DNA of 64,000 nt, from positions 2,384-66,383 of IMG/VR virus record IMGVR_UViG_3300045947_000193; one strand, given 5' to 3'. The notes under the pieces were generated by a model. The model saw only the letters and a list, made by a program, of their open reading frames with translations. It did no database searches and was not told the origin of the DNA. The DNA is from a virus. This document shows, piece by piece, positions 38,065 through 47,273 of this stretch (positions are counted from its first letter, which is position 1; the number at the start of each line of letters is the position of its first letter). Made by a program: the position numbers and the translations under genes.

Positions 38065-41025
38065 ATGCGTTTTGTGCTCACCCTCAACCGACTGCGCAGC
38101 ACCGCCGACCTGCTCAAAGCCTACGTGCGTGGCCACCGGCGCCACCTGCCCAGCGGGGAAACGGTGTGGGTGGAGCCCTATCACACCTCCGTAGTGGCCC
38201 AGCCACAACTGACGCTTTTCCACCCCAGGCCCGCCCCCAAAGAGGAGCCCCCCACCCCCGCGCCCCCACGCCCCGCGCTGGAGCCTGCCCGGCCCATGCG
38301 CCAGCAGTCCCTGTTCGACCTGCTCCGCCCGGCGCCGAAGCCGGAAGCACAACCCGAGCCCGCGCCCCGGCCCGTGATCCCGCCGCGCGTGGAACCCGTG
38401 GTGCCGAAGCCCCCAGCCCCGGCCCTGGTGCTCACCCCGCCCGCCGCTGAGCCCGCGCCCGAGCCACGGCCACCGACCACCCAGGACGTGCAGCGTGTGG
38501 CGCCTGTGCACCCGGATGCCAAGCCCCACCCCACCCTTATGGACTGCATTGAAAGCCTGGCTGGCCAGTGTGATGGCGCCCGCACAAAAGACGAGGTGGG
38601 CTTTGCAGGCCCCGATGCCATGTGGGGCAAAATGCTGGCCATGTCTGGGAACGACCGCGACTGGACCGACGACGAACGCCGCGCCGCCTGGGAACGACTG
38701 CGCAAGTACAAGGGGCAACTGGCCCGCAACGGCATTGACTTTGACGCCATCCCCGTGCCCCCACCGATGGACCGCCCAGACGACCGGCCCCGGCGCCAGG
38801 CTGCGACCACCACAACGACGAGCACCCCGGAGGACGGCCCTGGTGTGTGGCGCTGGATTGACGGGCACGCCGTCTTTATCCCGGAGCATGAGCGGCAGAG
38901 CTACGACAAAGCCGACATGAGCGCGTCGACCGTGACCGCCTTCCCTGGCCATATCGGGCTGCACTTTAAGTATGACCCGCGCCTTGTGGCCCTGGTCAAG
39001 ACTGTCAGAGGCGCCCGCTGGAACCCGATCACTAAAAGCTGGAGCGTCCCCATGGAGCGCTTCCAGGAGGTGATCGACCTGGCCAACGTCGACATGACCC
39101 AGAAGGCCATGGCCGCCTGGCAGGAACACCAGGAGCGCGCTGTAGCCCGCGAGCAGGCCCAGGCCGAAGCCAACGCCCTCCTCAGTGAAGCAGACCGTGG
39201 TTTTACCCAGGACATTTTGATGCTCACCCCGGAGCAGCTCGCCCAGGTGGACACGCTCGACAACTGGACCCGTGGCACCTTCCTTCCGTCCAATCTGGGG
39301 AAGTCACGCGACCGCCTGAGCCCCAAGCAGTTACGCATTGTCGACCGGGCACAGGAGGAGCTAGACAACTGGCTCAATGCCAACCCGCACCAGCGCGCCA
39401 TGTTCGCCCAGGCGTGGCGTGACCGGGAGGGCCAGCTCAAGGCCGCTGCACAGGCCAAGACTAACGAACTCGACGCCCTCAGCCATGACCAGGACATCAG
39501 CAATTTTCAAATGCCCGCTGGCTTTAATCCGGCTGTGCTCACCGGAGGGGAACTCTACCCGCACCAGAAGCAAGGCGTGGCGTGGCTCATGCGCGCCAAG
39601 GCAGGCATTCTCGCCTTTGCTACCGCGCTGGGCAAAACCAACACGGCTGTGACCGCCGCCGCCAAGCTCCAGGAAGAGGGCAAGGCCAAACGCTGCCTGT
39701 TTGTGGTCCCCAGCGCCCGCAAAATTGGCACGATACGGGACATCAAGGCGTTATTCCCTGGCAAAAAGGTGGTACTGGTCGACGGCACCCCGGCTGAGCG
39801 TGCCCGGCAGTACCGCGACGCGGAAACGGCGGACTTTGTGGTAGCAGGCTACGGGCTTATCCAGCGCGAACCGGAGAAGCTCCATGGCTCAGGCTTTGAC
39901 ATTGTGATCAATGACGAAGCCGTCCGCCTCAAGGGCAAAAGCAGCCAGACCGCCAAGAACAGCAAGGAGTTTTTCAGCGCGCCGTATACCTGGGACCTCA
40001 GCGCTACCCCGATCCCCAACAGCCCGGAGGACCTCTACCAGCTCATGCAACGGCTGCAGCCAACCCTCTTTGGCTCCCGTGCCCAATTCTTGCGCCAGCA
40101 TTGCCGCACAGACCGCGTCTATGCACAAGGCCGCATGATCACTCGCATAACCGGCTACCAGAACCTGGCCTATACCCGCAGTGTGGTAGCGCCCTATATC
40201 CTGGCCAGGACCTGGCAGAGCCCGGACGTGCAGATTCCCATGCCCGAGCGGCGCAACGCCCGGCAGACGCTCGACCTGCACCCGGCGCAGTCCGTCTACT
40301 ACGAAGCCGCGCGGACTGGCGCCCTGGAAGCCCTCAAGCGTGTGAACAACCCTGGCCAGATGACACGGGAGGAGCGCGCCAACATCCTGACCAACATCTT
40401 GCGCATGGAGCAAGTGGCCATCACCCCGGAGCTGGTCGACCCGTCCTACAAGGGGGAAGCGCCCAAGGTGGCAGAAGCCGTGCAGATGGTCAAGGACCAC
40501 TTTGGCGCCGGACACACCAAGGCGTGCGTGATCTATTCCCACTACCTGCCCGTGATCGACATCCTGCAGCGGGAACTCCAGAAGGAAGGCTTGACGAACG
40601 GCGACATTGCCACCATCAAGGGTGGCATGACGCCTGAGAAAATCCAGGACATTGTTGACGGGATCAATACCGGCAAGCACAAGGTCCTGATAGCGTCGGA
40701 CGCCGCCGCCGAAGGGTTGAACTTGCAGCACAACTCGCAGATGCTCTTGCACATGGACACGCCCTGGCGCCCGGACATCTTAGAGCAACGAGAAGGCCGC
40801 ATCTACCGGCCTGGCCAGACGGCTGACGTGGTGATGATGCGCCTTATGACCAACACCTCTGTGGAGCAACACAAGGACAACCTGGTCAAGCGCAAGGCTG
40901 GCGCCCAGCGCGCGATTGTGCACGGGGAGAGCCCCGCCGATGATCCCGAGATGAGCTACGAGGACTTTTTAGCACTCGTTGGCGCCACCGACAGCGAGAA
41001 GAGAGGCATGCGCCATGCAGCTTGA
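38065..41025 (+). CDS. SNF2-family helicase (HARP-like domain), putative packaged head protein
   Basis: LYPHQKQGV, ALGKT, NDEAV, SATPIPNSPEDL, SDAAAEGLNLQ, EQREGRIYRPGQ; FKYDPRLV..VK.V.GARWNP..KSW. Confidence 0.9.
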   Translation: MRFVLTLNRLRSTADLLKAYVRGHRRHLPSGETVWVEPYHTSVVAQPQLTLFHPRPAPKEEPPTPAPPRPALEPARPMRQQSLFDLLRPAPKPEAQPEPAPRPVIPPRVEPVVPKPPAPALVLTPPAAEPAPEPRPPTTQDVQRVAPVHPDAKPHPTLMDCIESLAGQCDGARTKDEVGFAGPDAMWGKMLAMSGNDRDWTDDERRAAWERLRKYKGQLARNGIDFDAIPVPPPMDRPDDRPRRQAATTTTTSTPEDGPGVWRWIDGHAVFIPEHERQSYDKADMSASTVTAFPGHIGLHFKYDPRLVALVKTVRGARWNPITKSWSVPMERFQEVIDLANVDMTQKAMAAWQEHQERAVAREQAQAEANALLSEADRGFTQDILMLTPEQLAQVDTLDNWTRGTFLPSNLGKSRDRLSPKQLRIVDRAQEELDNWLNANPHQRAMFAQAWRDREGQLKAAAQAKTNELDALSHDQDISNFQMPAGFNPAVLTGGELYPHQKQGVAWLMRAKAGILAFATALGKTNTAVTAAAKLQEEGKAKRCLFVVPSARKIGTIRDIKALFPGKKVVLVDGTPAERARQYRDAETADFVVAGYGLIQREPEKLHGSGFDIVINDEAVRLKGKSSQTAKNSKEFFSAPYTWDLSATPIPNSPEDLYQLMQRLQPTLFGSRAQFLRQHCRTDRVYAQGRMITRITGYQNLAYTRSVVAPYILARTWQSPDVQIPMPERRNARQTLDLHPAQSVYYEAARTGALEALKRVNNPGQMTREERANILTNILRMEQVAITPELVDPSYKGEAPKVAEAVQMVKDHFGAGHTKACVIYSHYLPVIDILQRELQKEGLTNGDIATIKGGMTPEKIQDIVDGINTGKHKVLIASDAAAEGLNLQHNSQMLLHMDTPWRPDILEQREGRIYRPGQTADVVMMRLMTNTSVEQHKDNLVKRKAGAQRAIVHGESPADDPEMSYEDFLALVGATDSEKRGMRHAA

Positions 41026-41302
41026 ACGCCCCTGGACCCGCTTACGCCTGGAGGAAGAACTGACGCGCCTGGCCAACCCCGCCGCGCGCGCGGACGCCCA
41101 GGCCGATGGCAGCGCCCCCGTGCTGTGTATCGGTATCCTGGACGCCTGCAAACGCTATCACGTTTTCCGGCCCTGGTGGTTTGAGCAGTGGGCACGCCAG
41201 ATACACGACCAGGGCACCGCCAGCTTACGGCCCAGGGAGGAGGACCTCCCGGCCAACACCATGACCCCTGAAGCCCGGCGCCAGCTAGGCATGGAGGACT
41301 AG
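41015..41302 (+). CDS. Hypothetical protein
   Basis: Coupled between the two giant ORFs. Confidence 0.45.
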   Translation: MQLERPWTRLRLEEELTRLANPAARADAQADGSAPVLCIGILDACKRYHVFRPWWFEQWARQIHDQGTASLRPREEDLPANTMTPEARRQLGMED

Positions 41303-44300
41303 ATGCTGCAGTTTGTACTCCTCCTCAACAAGGCCCACGTCAAAGGCCACTGGCGGACCACGCCCACTGGCCAGCGCGTCTATGTCTCACCCCACGAACG
41401 CCAGGACCAGGAAGGGTACGACCCCTCACAGCTTCCCCTGTTCGGCGCACCCGCTGCCCGGCCACCGGAGCCAGCCCCACCGCCGAAGCCAGAACCAGAG
41501 CCCGAACCGGAACCGGAGCCAGTACCCACGCCAGAGCCCGAGCCCGAACCGGAACCCGTGCAGGCTGAGACCACACCCGCGACGATCCCGGAGTACGTCA
41601 AGGACGCCGTGAAGCTCAACGCCGAGCGTATCCATTACTTCAATGAGGAAGTGGAGCGACTACGCAAGCTAGGGCAGCGCTTTGGCAGTCCAGGCCGCTA
41701 TGAGTACGAGTACCGCACCGAGCATGAGCACCAATTTGACGCGAACGTCGACAAGCTCAAATACATTGAGGGACTGGCTGAAAAGAACGGTTTTAGCTTA
41801 GAGCAGCTCTATGCCCATGTGGAGGGTGGACGCCCGGAGAAAATCCCGTGGAGCATGGCCGCCAGCGCGTGGGGACGCCCCAGAGAGCCCAAGACCACGC
41901 CGGAGCCCACACCCCCACCGGCGCCCGCACCAGAGCCCGAGCCCACAGCCACCACACCGGAGCCCTGGCAGATGACGCGCCGGGAGTTTCGACACGCGGA
42001 GAATGCGCCGAAGGTCCAGGCGATCCAGGCCGCCATCCGGGCTGGCAAGCGGATCACGGCAGTGACGCAGCTACGAGTGACGCCGCTCACATCCCCCGAG
42101 CATATCCGCCTGACCAGTACCGGGCATGTGCAGACACGCGAACGGACCACCTGGGTCAATATGACGGACGACATGGTGGACACACTCGCCGCCCAGGCCG
42201 GGATGAAGCTCCCGGACTTCATGGAGAAGGTCTACCACCGCGCAGAGGTAGCGCAGGCCCTCAAGGAGGGGAAGCCTGTCCCGCCCGAGGTGTTAGCCGA
42301 GTACCCCGAGCTGAGCAGCCAGGAGGACGAGGAACCGGAGGAAGCCCCACCGGCAATACAACATCGCCCCCTCACTGAGGATGCCATCCATAATTGGGAC
42401 GCTCCCTATATCCAAAAACAATATGGCGAGCATCCCGAGGAAATCCGCCAGGCGGCCATGCAAGCCATGCGGCGCCACCATCAAAAAGGCACAAGCGCCC
42501 GCGAGGAAGCGCAAGCGCTCAATGCGCAGTTTGGCCTCACGAAGGAACCAGAGCCCACCCCCACGCCGGAGCCGGTCGACACCACCACTGCCCAGCTTGA
42601 CCAGGCCGAGCACGATCTAGGGGACCTGGAGGGCGACGTAGCCAGCACCGAGCGTGCGCACACCGCCGACACCGAAGACGAGCAGGACGACGACGCCGAG
42701 GGCGACGGCGACGAGGGAGAGCAGACTTTCAGCCTGATCACCGGCAGGACCTACCCGCTGCGCCGTGACCTGGTGAGTCTGGGTGCGCGCTGGCATGCCG
42801 ATGAGAAGGGCTACATTGTGCCCACCGGCAAGGCAGAACAGGTAGAAGCCTACGCCCGCAGCAAGGGGCTCACCGTGGGGAAGGTCGACCTGCCCGCCGA
42901 AGACTACCACCGCGAGAAGCTCACCGGCGAAGCCCTCCGCGCCCACCGCCAGGCCGGACTCGACAAGAAAATCACCCGCTGGCGGAGCCAGGCCGCGCGC
43001 CTGGAGAAACAGGCTGCAGCCCTGGAGGCACGGCTCAAGCCCTACGATGATATGCAATTCTGGACGGAGCCCCTGAAGCCCGACCATTACAGCTATAACC
43101 GGCATCGCAACTTGCGCGAGCGACTCAGGGCCATGATGGACAAGCGTATGGGCATGCTCCGCGACGCCCACGCACTCAGGCAGAAGGCGGACGGCTGGGA
43201 CCGGGCTGGCGCCCAGATAGCAGGCGACCGGGAGCGCCAGCGCCAGGCCCAGCGCGAGATGGTCAGCTCCCAGGTGACTGTAGGGAGCCGCATCCATGAC
43301 GCGATCTATGGCAAGGGGACCGTGGTCAAGGTCAACCCCAAGACGTTCACCGTGCGCTATGACAACGGACACACCTCTGCCACCGACAAGAGCCACGCCA
43401 TGCCACTAGGGGAGACTGTGCCCCTGGCAGAGCTGAAAGAGCAGACCAGGCCGAAGTACAAGAAGGGCGACACCGTCCGCTTTAACTCGTTCGGACAGGA
43501 TAGAGTGGGGACCATTACGAGCGTAGGCCCACGCTCCTACAGTATTCGTGTCCATGGCGCCGTCCAGACCAGCCCGCTCAAGGTCGACCATCAGCGCGTA
43601 TTAGGCCCGGACACCACCCCGGAGCCCGCGCCCGCAGCCGCGCCAAGTGCTCCGCTCAGGCGTGGCCAGTTTGTGCGGTTTACCCATGGGGTACTGAGCA
43701 GTACACCCCGCTATGGCACCATTACGAACGTAGGACCGGACACCTATACCATTCGCGCGATGGACGGTGGACGGATACTGGAAGTGAACCATAAAGATGT
43801 GATGGCCAAGGCCCGCAACACGCCCCGCCTGGTGCTCCTGCTCAACAAGGCCCACGTCAAGGGCCACTGGCGCACCATCCCGACTGGCCAGCGTGTGTAC
43901 GTGGCAGCCCATGAGCGCCAGGACGACCCGCACGCCTGGTCCAGTCAGATGCCCCTGTTTGGCGCCCCGCGTGGGACCCTGGTCACCGTGCACCAGCTCA
44001 CCCCGCAAGAGGCACCCGCGTTCGCCTCACCCGAAGCCCCCGCTGTCACGGCCATGCCCGTGAGCGTACCAGCCCCCGTGCGCCCGACGCCGAAAGAGGC
44101 GCCACACCTGCCCATGCCCGAAAAGGCCAGCAAACACCCGCGCCGTGCCGAGTCTGCCCCCGCTGAGACCTACGCACTGCGCCCAGGCGGACGGTTTAAC
44201 TTTACCTCGCAGGAAATCGACCAGATTGTGACCATGATCCAGGAGTACCAGAAGGGCGCCGACCATCCGAGTCTGCGACTCCGCCCGCAAGTCAAGGAGT

Positions 44301-47263
44301 ATGCGCTAGCCTATAACCTCCTGGAGCAAGCAGACAGGAAGAAGCGCCCCACGTTCAACTTCCGGGGACGCTTTCAGCCCATGCACGACCTCCCCCCGGA
44401 AGCCCTCTGGCGCATTGTGGAGCCCATGCTTGAAGGCCAAAGAAGCCGTGGTGCGTCGATCACCAGAGACCCGCGCTGGACCACCCTGGACATTTACCCG
44501 GTAGGCCATCGCATCCACCGCAACAGCAACATGAAAGAAGTGCCTGGCGCCGAGGGCGAACCTAGCACCTGGGTAGAACAACCGGAGCTGACCGAGCGCA
44601 GCGAACAGCATGCGATGGAAGCCCAGGCCGAGGTATTAGGGAAGCTCGCCCTGCATCAATACCTGTACTTCCAGCGTGGTGGCAGTATCTGGGACGTGAG
44701 CCGCCATGAGCGCTACAGCCCACCCATCCAGAAGGCTCACACCTTCACCCTGGGGAAAGCCCGCGTCAAGGGCCACTGGCGCATGCTAGAGCAGGGTCCC
44801 GTGTACGTGCACACCTACCACCGCCCGGACCGGCCCGGAGGGGTAGCTGAACCGGCGCAGCAGCTTGGCCTGTTTGGTGCACCTGTGAGCAGCCTACGCA
44901 CCACGCAACCGGCACCGCTCAAGCATACCCCGGAGCCACCCGCGCCCGTGGTCCCCGAGCGGGCACCCGTGCAGATCGCCAAGCCGGAGCCCAGCCCGCC
45001 GCCGAAGCCGTCCCCGTTTCTGAGCTTTCCCAACGACACGGGCACGCCGACCCCCGAGCAACGCCAGGATGCTATCGACACCGTGTGGAACATGGAGGCA
45101 CCGCTGCGCGCCTTTGAGCGCTTCTTTACCCGGAAGGATGCCCCACCCTCCGCCATGCGCACGGCTCTCTTGCTCTACCAGGGCGCCAGGCCCGCCGTGG
45201 GCGAACGCTTCCGGGAGCGCCTGACCACCCTCACCGACACGACCACGCGCCGCAGTCTGCATGCCGTGGTCGACTTCGCCGCCCAGGACCTGACCAACGT
45301 AGGCCAGCACCTGATAGCCATGGCCATGAAGTACGGCATGCGTGACACCGACCTGCCCGCTGGGCTAGAGCGGGATGCGTTCCAGCGCTACCAGCACAAC
45401 AACCCCTATGCGCGGGGGACCCCGCTCCCGCCTGACGTGACCCCGGCGCCCGCCCCAGCACCGGAGCCAGCCCTGACGTTTCCGGCTGACGACAAGCGCC
45501 CAAGCAAAAAGGAGCGCGAACAGGCATACAATGCCGTCTGGGCAGTTGAAGGCCCGCTGCATGACTTTGAGAGCTATTTTACTGGCCCCAATGCCCCGAA
45601 CACCCCCTGGCGTGGTGCGCTCAACTTCTACCGTGGCGCCCGCCCTGGGACCGTAGGGACGCACTACCGCGCCGCTGTCCAGGGCATCCACAGCCGCCAG
45701 AACGCCCACCCGACGCCCACCCGTGCCAGCCTGCACCGGGCTGTTGAGCGGGCTCAGCAGGAGATGGAGTCTGTGGGCAAGAAGTACATGGCCGCCATGC
45801 GTGGCATGGGCATGGACACCCCGGACGTGCCCCCTGGACCACTCCGCGACACGTTTACGCAGTACGCCCGCTTGCTCGACGCCGAGCCCGCCGCTGAGCA
45901 GACGCCCGCTGTCCCACCGGCACCCCCCAGCTACCGCAGTCTGAGCCTCAAGCTCGACCGCACCCAGGACATCCCGGTCACCAGCCTGTATGCGCGCACG
46001 GCCAAGGAGGTAGCCGGTATCTTTGAAGAGATGCGCCAGGGCGAGCGCGAGAAACTCATGGCCGTGCACACCGATGCAGACGGCAGAATCCGCAGCCTGG
46101 AATGTATCAGCATGGGGACCCTCAACTCTAGCCCTGGGACCATCCGGGAGGTACTCAAGGCCGCCGTGGTCCAGGGCACAAGCGGTATGTGGCTCATTCA
46201 CAACCACCCCTCTGGCGCGTCGGACCCGAGCGAAGACGACAAGGTTCTGACCCGCAAGGTCAACGACTATGGCAAGCGCTTAGGTATCACCCTGCACGGC
46301 CATGTCGTCATAGGCGAGCACGGCTACCACGCCCTGAACCCGGAGGGCCACACCAACGGCGAGAGCGCCTACCCGACCGGCACCGAGACCGAAGGCAAAG
46401 TGCCCATGGTTGCGTTGCGGCAACACCGCGAAGCCGAACCGATGTTACAGGGCAAGCAGCTCAAGAACTGGCATGAGGTAGCCGACATGGGGAAGCAGCT
46501 CCTACGCGGGGGAGCCCACCAGACCTATGTCGTGCTCACGGACACGCGGCTGCGTGTCAATGCCGCCATCCCCATCAAGAGCACCGGCGAGGGGCAGGCC
46601 CAGCAGGACGCCCTCAATGAAGTGCTCCGGCAAGCCATCCTGCACAATGCCCATGCGGTGACCCTGGTCTCTGACGTGGAGAAACGCGAGCGCTTTTTTG
46701 GGTTTAGCAAGCGCCTGCATCAGGCCCTGGACCGAACCGGCATGCACTTGATGGACGCCGTGCACCTACGCGGCGATACCTACGCCTCTGCACGCGGAGA
46801 GGGCATGATTAAAGCCCTGGTGATCGACCTCAGCAAGGCCCGCAAGCTGCACGGACGGCGCCGCTGGCAGGGGATGCAGCTCAGTATTGAGAACCGCAAG
46901 GGGAGCATCCGACGTGGGCACGATCACGACGGCAAGCCGTGGGCGAACAAGATGCAGCACCCCTATGGCTACATCAAGGGGACGGTGGGTATGGACGGCG
47001 CCCAGATTGACTGCTTTGTAGGGCCACACCCCGGCGCCCCGCATGTCTATGTGGTGACCACCCGCAAAGCCCCGGACTTCCAGGTAGCCGATGAGCAGAA
47101 GTGCTTTATTGGCTTCACCTCCGCGAAGAAGGCCAAGCAAGCGTTTCTCACGCACTACGATGACCCGCGTCATTTCGGCAACATGCTGGAGATGCCCGTA
47201 GAGGAATTTAAGGCCAAGGCCAAGGCCACCATGGAGAACCCTGGTGCGATCCAGGCCGTATAG
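41303..47263 (+). CDS. 1986-aa polyvalent protein: DUF3560-like, 3x SH3-like, duplicated helical domain, RadC/JAB, inorganic pyrophosphatase-like
   Basis: EPLKPDHYSYNRHR; three G..V....GTI..VGP repeats; HNHPSG...PSEDD..LT; SIENRKGSIRRG...YGYIKGTVGMDG..IDCFVG. Confidence 0.85.
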   Translation: MLQFVLLLNKAHVKGHWRTTPTGQRVYVSPHERQDQEGYDPSQLPLFGAPAARPPEPAPPPKPEPEPEPEPEPVPTPEPEPEPEPVQAETTPATIPEYVKDAVKLNAERIHYFNEEVERLRKLGQRFGSPGRYEYEYRTEHEHQFDANVDKLKYIEGLAEKNGFSLEQLYAHVEGGRPEKIPWSMAASAWGRPREPKTTPEPTPPPAPAPEPEPTATTPEPWQMTRREFRHAENAPKVQAIQAAIRAGKRITAVTQLRVTPLTSPEHIRLTSTGHVQTRERTTWVNMTDDMVDTLAAQAGMKLPDFMEKVYHRAEVAQALKEGKPVPPEVLAEYPELSSQEDEEPEEAPPAIQHRPLTEDAIHNWDAPYIQKQYGEHPEEIRQAAMQAMRRHHQKGTSAREEAQALNAQFGLTKEPEPTPTPEPVDTTTAQLDQAEHDLGDLEGDVASTERAHTADTEDEQDDDAEGDGDEGEQTFSLITGRTYPLRRDLVSLGARWHADEKGYIVPTGKAEQVEAYARSKGLTVGKVDLPAEDYHREKLTGEALRAHRQAGLDKKITRWRSQAARLEKQAAALEARLKPYDDMQFWTEPLKPDHYSYNRHRNLRERLRAMMDKRMGMLRDAHALRQKADGWDRAGAQIAGDRERQRQAQREMVSSQVTVGSRIHDAIYGKGTVVKVNPKTFTVRYDNGHTSATDKSHAMPLGETVPLAELKEQTRPKYKKGDTVRFNSFGQDRVGTITSVGPRSYSIRVHGAVQTSPLKVDHQRVLGPDTTPEPAPAAAPSAPLRRGQFVRFTHGVLSSTPRYGTITNVGPDTYTIRAMDGGRILEVNHKDVMAKARNTPRLVLLLNKAHVKGHWRTIPTGQRVYVAAHERQDDPHAWSSQMPLFGAPRGTLVTVHQLTPQEAPAFASPEAPAVTAMPVSVPAPVRPTPKEAPHLPMPEKASKHPRRAESAPAETYALRPGGRFNFTSQEIDQIVTMIQEYQKGADHPSLRLRPQVKEYALAYNLLEQADRKKRPTFNFRGRFQPMHDLPPEALWRIVEPMLEGQRSRGASITRDPRWTTLDIYPVGHRIHRNSNMKEVPGAEGEPSTWVEQPELTERSEQHAMEAQAEVLGKLALHQYLYFQRGGSIWDVSRHERYSPPIQKAHTFTLGKARVKGHWRMLEQGPVYVHTYHRPDRPGGVAEPAQQLGLFGAPVSSLRTTQPAPLKHTPEPPAPVVPERAPVQIAKPEPSPPPKPSPFLSFPNDTGTPTPEQRQDAIDTVWNMEAPLRAFERFFTRKDAPPSAMRTALLLYQGARPAVGERFRERLTTLTDTTTRRSLHAVVDFAAQDLTNVGQHLIAMAMKYGMRDTDLPAGLERDAFQRYQHNNPYARGTPLPPDVTPAPAPAPEPALTFPADDKRPSKKEREQAYNAVWAVEGPLHDFESYFTGPNAPNTPWRGALNFYRGARPGTVGTHYRAAVQGIHSRQNAHPTPTRASLHRAVERAQQEMESVGKKYMAAMRGMGMDTPDVPPGPLRDTFTQYARLLDAEPAAEQTPAVPPAPPSYRSLSLKLDRTQDIPVTSLYARTAKEVAGIFEEMRQGEREKLMAVHTDADGRIRSLECISMGTLNSSPGTIREVLKAAVVQGTSGMWLIHNHPSGASDPSEDDKVLTRKVNDYGKRLGITLHGHVVIGEHGYHALNPEGHTNGESAYPTGTETEGKVPMVALRQHREAEPMLQGKQLKNWHEVADMGKQLLRGGAHQTYVVLTDTRLRVNAAIPIKSTGEGQAQQDALNEVLRQAILHNAHAVTLVSDVEKRERFFGFSKRLHQALDRTGMHLMDAVHLRGDTYASARGEGMIKALVIDLSKARKLHGRRRWQGMQLSIENRKGSIRRGHDHDGKPWANKMQHPYGYIKGTVGMDGAQIDCFVGPHPGAPHVYVVTTRKAPDFQVADEQKCFIGFTSAKKAKQAFLTHYDDPRHFGNMLEMPVEEFKAKAKATMENPGAIQAV

Positions 47264-47273
47264 GAGCGCTCCT

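Noticed and set aside
37594-39129. Long antisense ORFs (also 3157-4170, 22398-23339, 32566-33441, 62883-63926)
   Set aside because: Shadows of well-supported genes on the opposite strand in high-GC DNA
41318-43925. Diversity-generating retroelement template/variable repeat pair
   Set aside because: Differences between copies are mostly synonymous and not adenine-specific; no reverse transcriptase in the window
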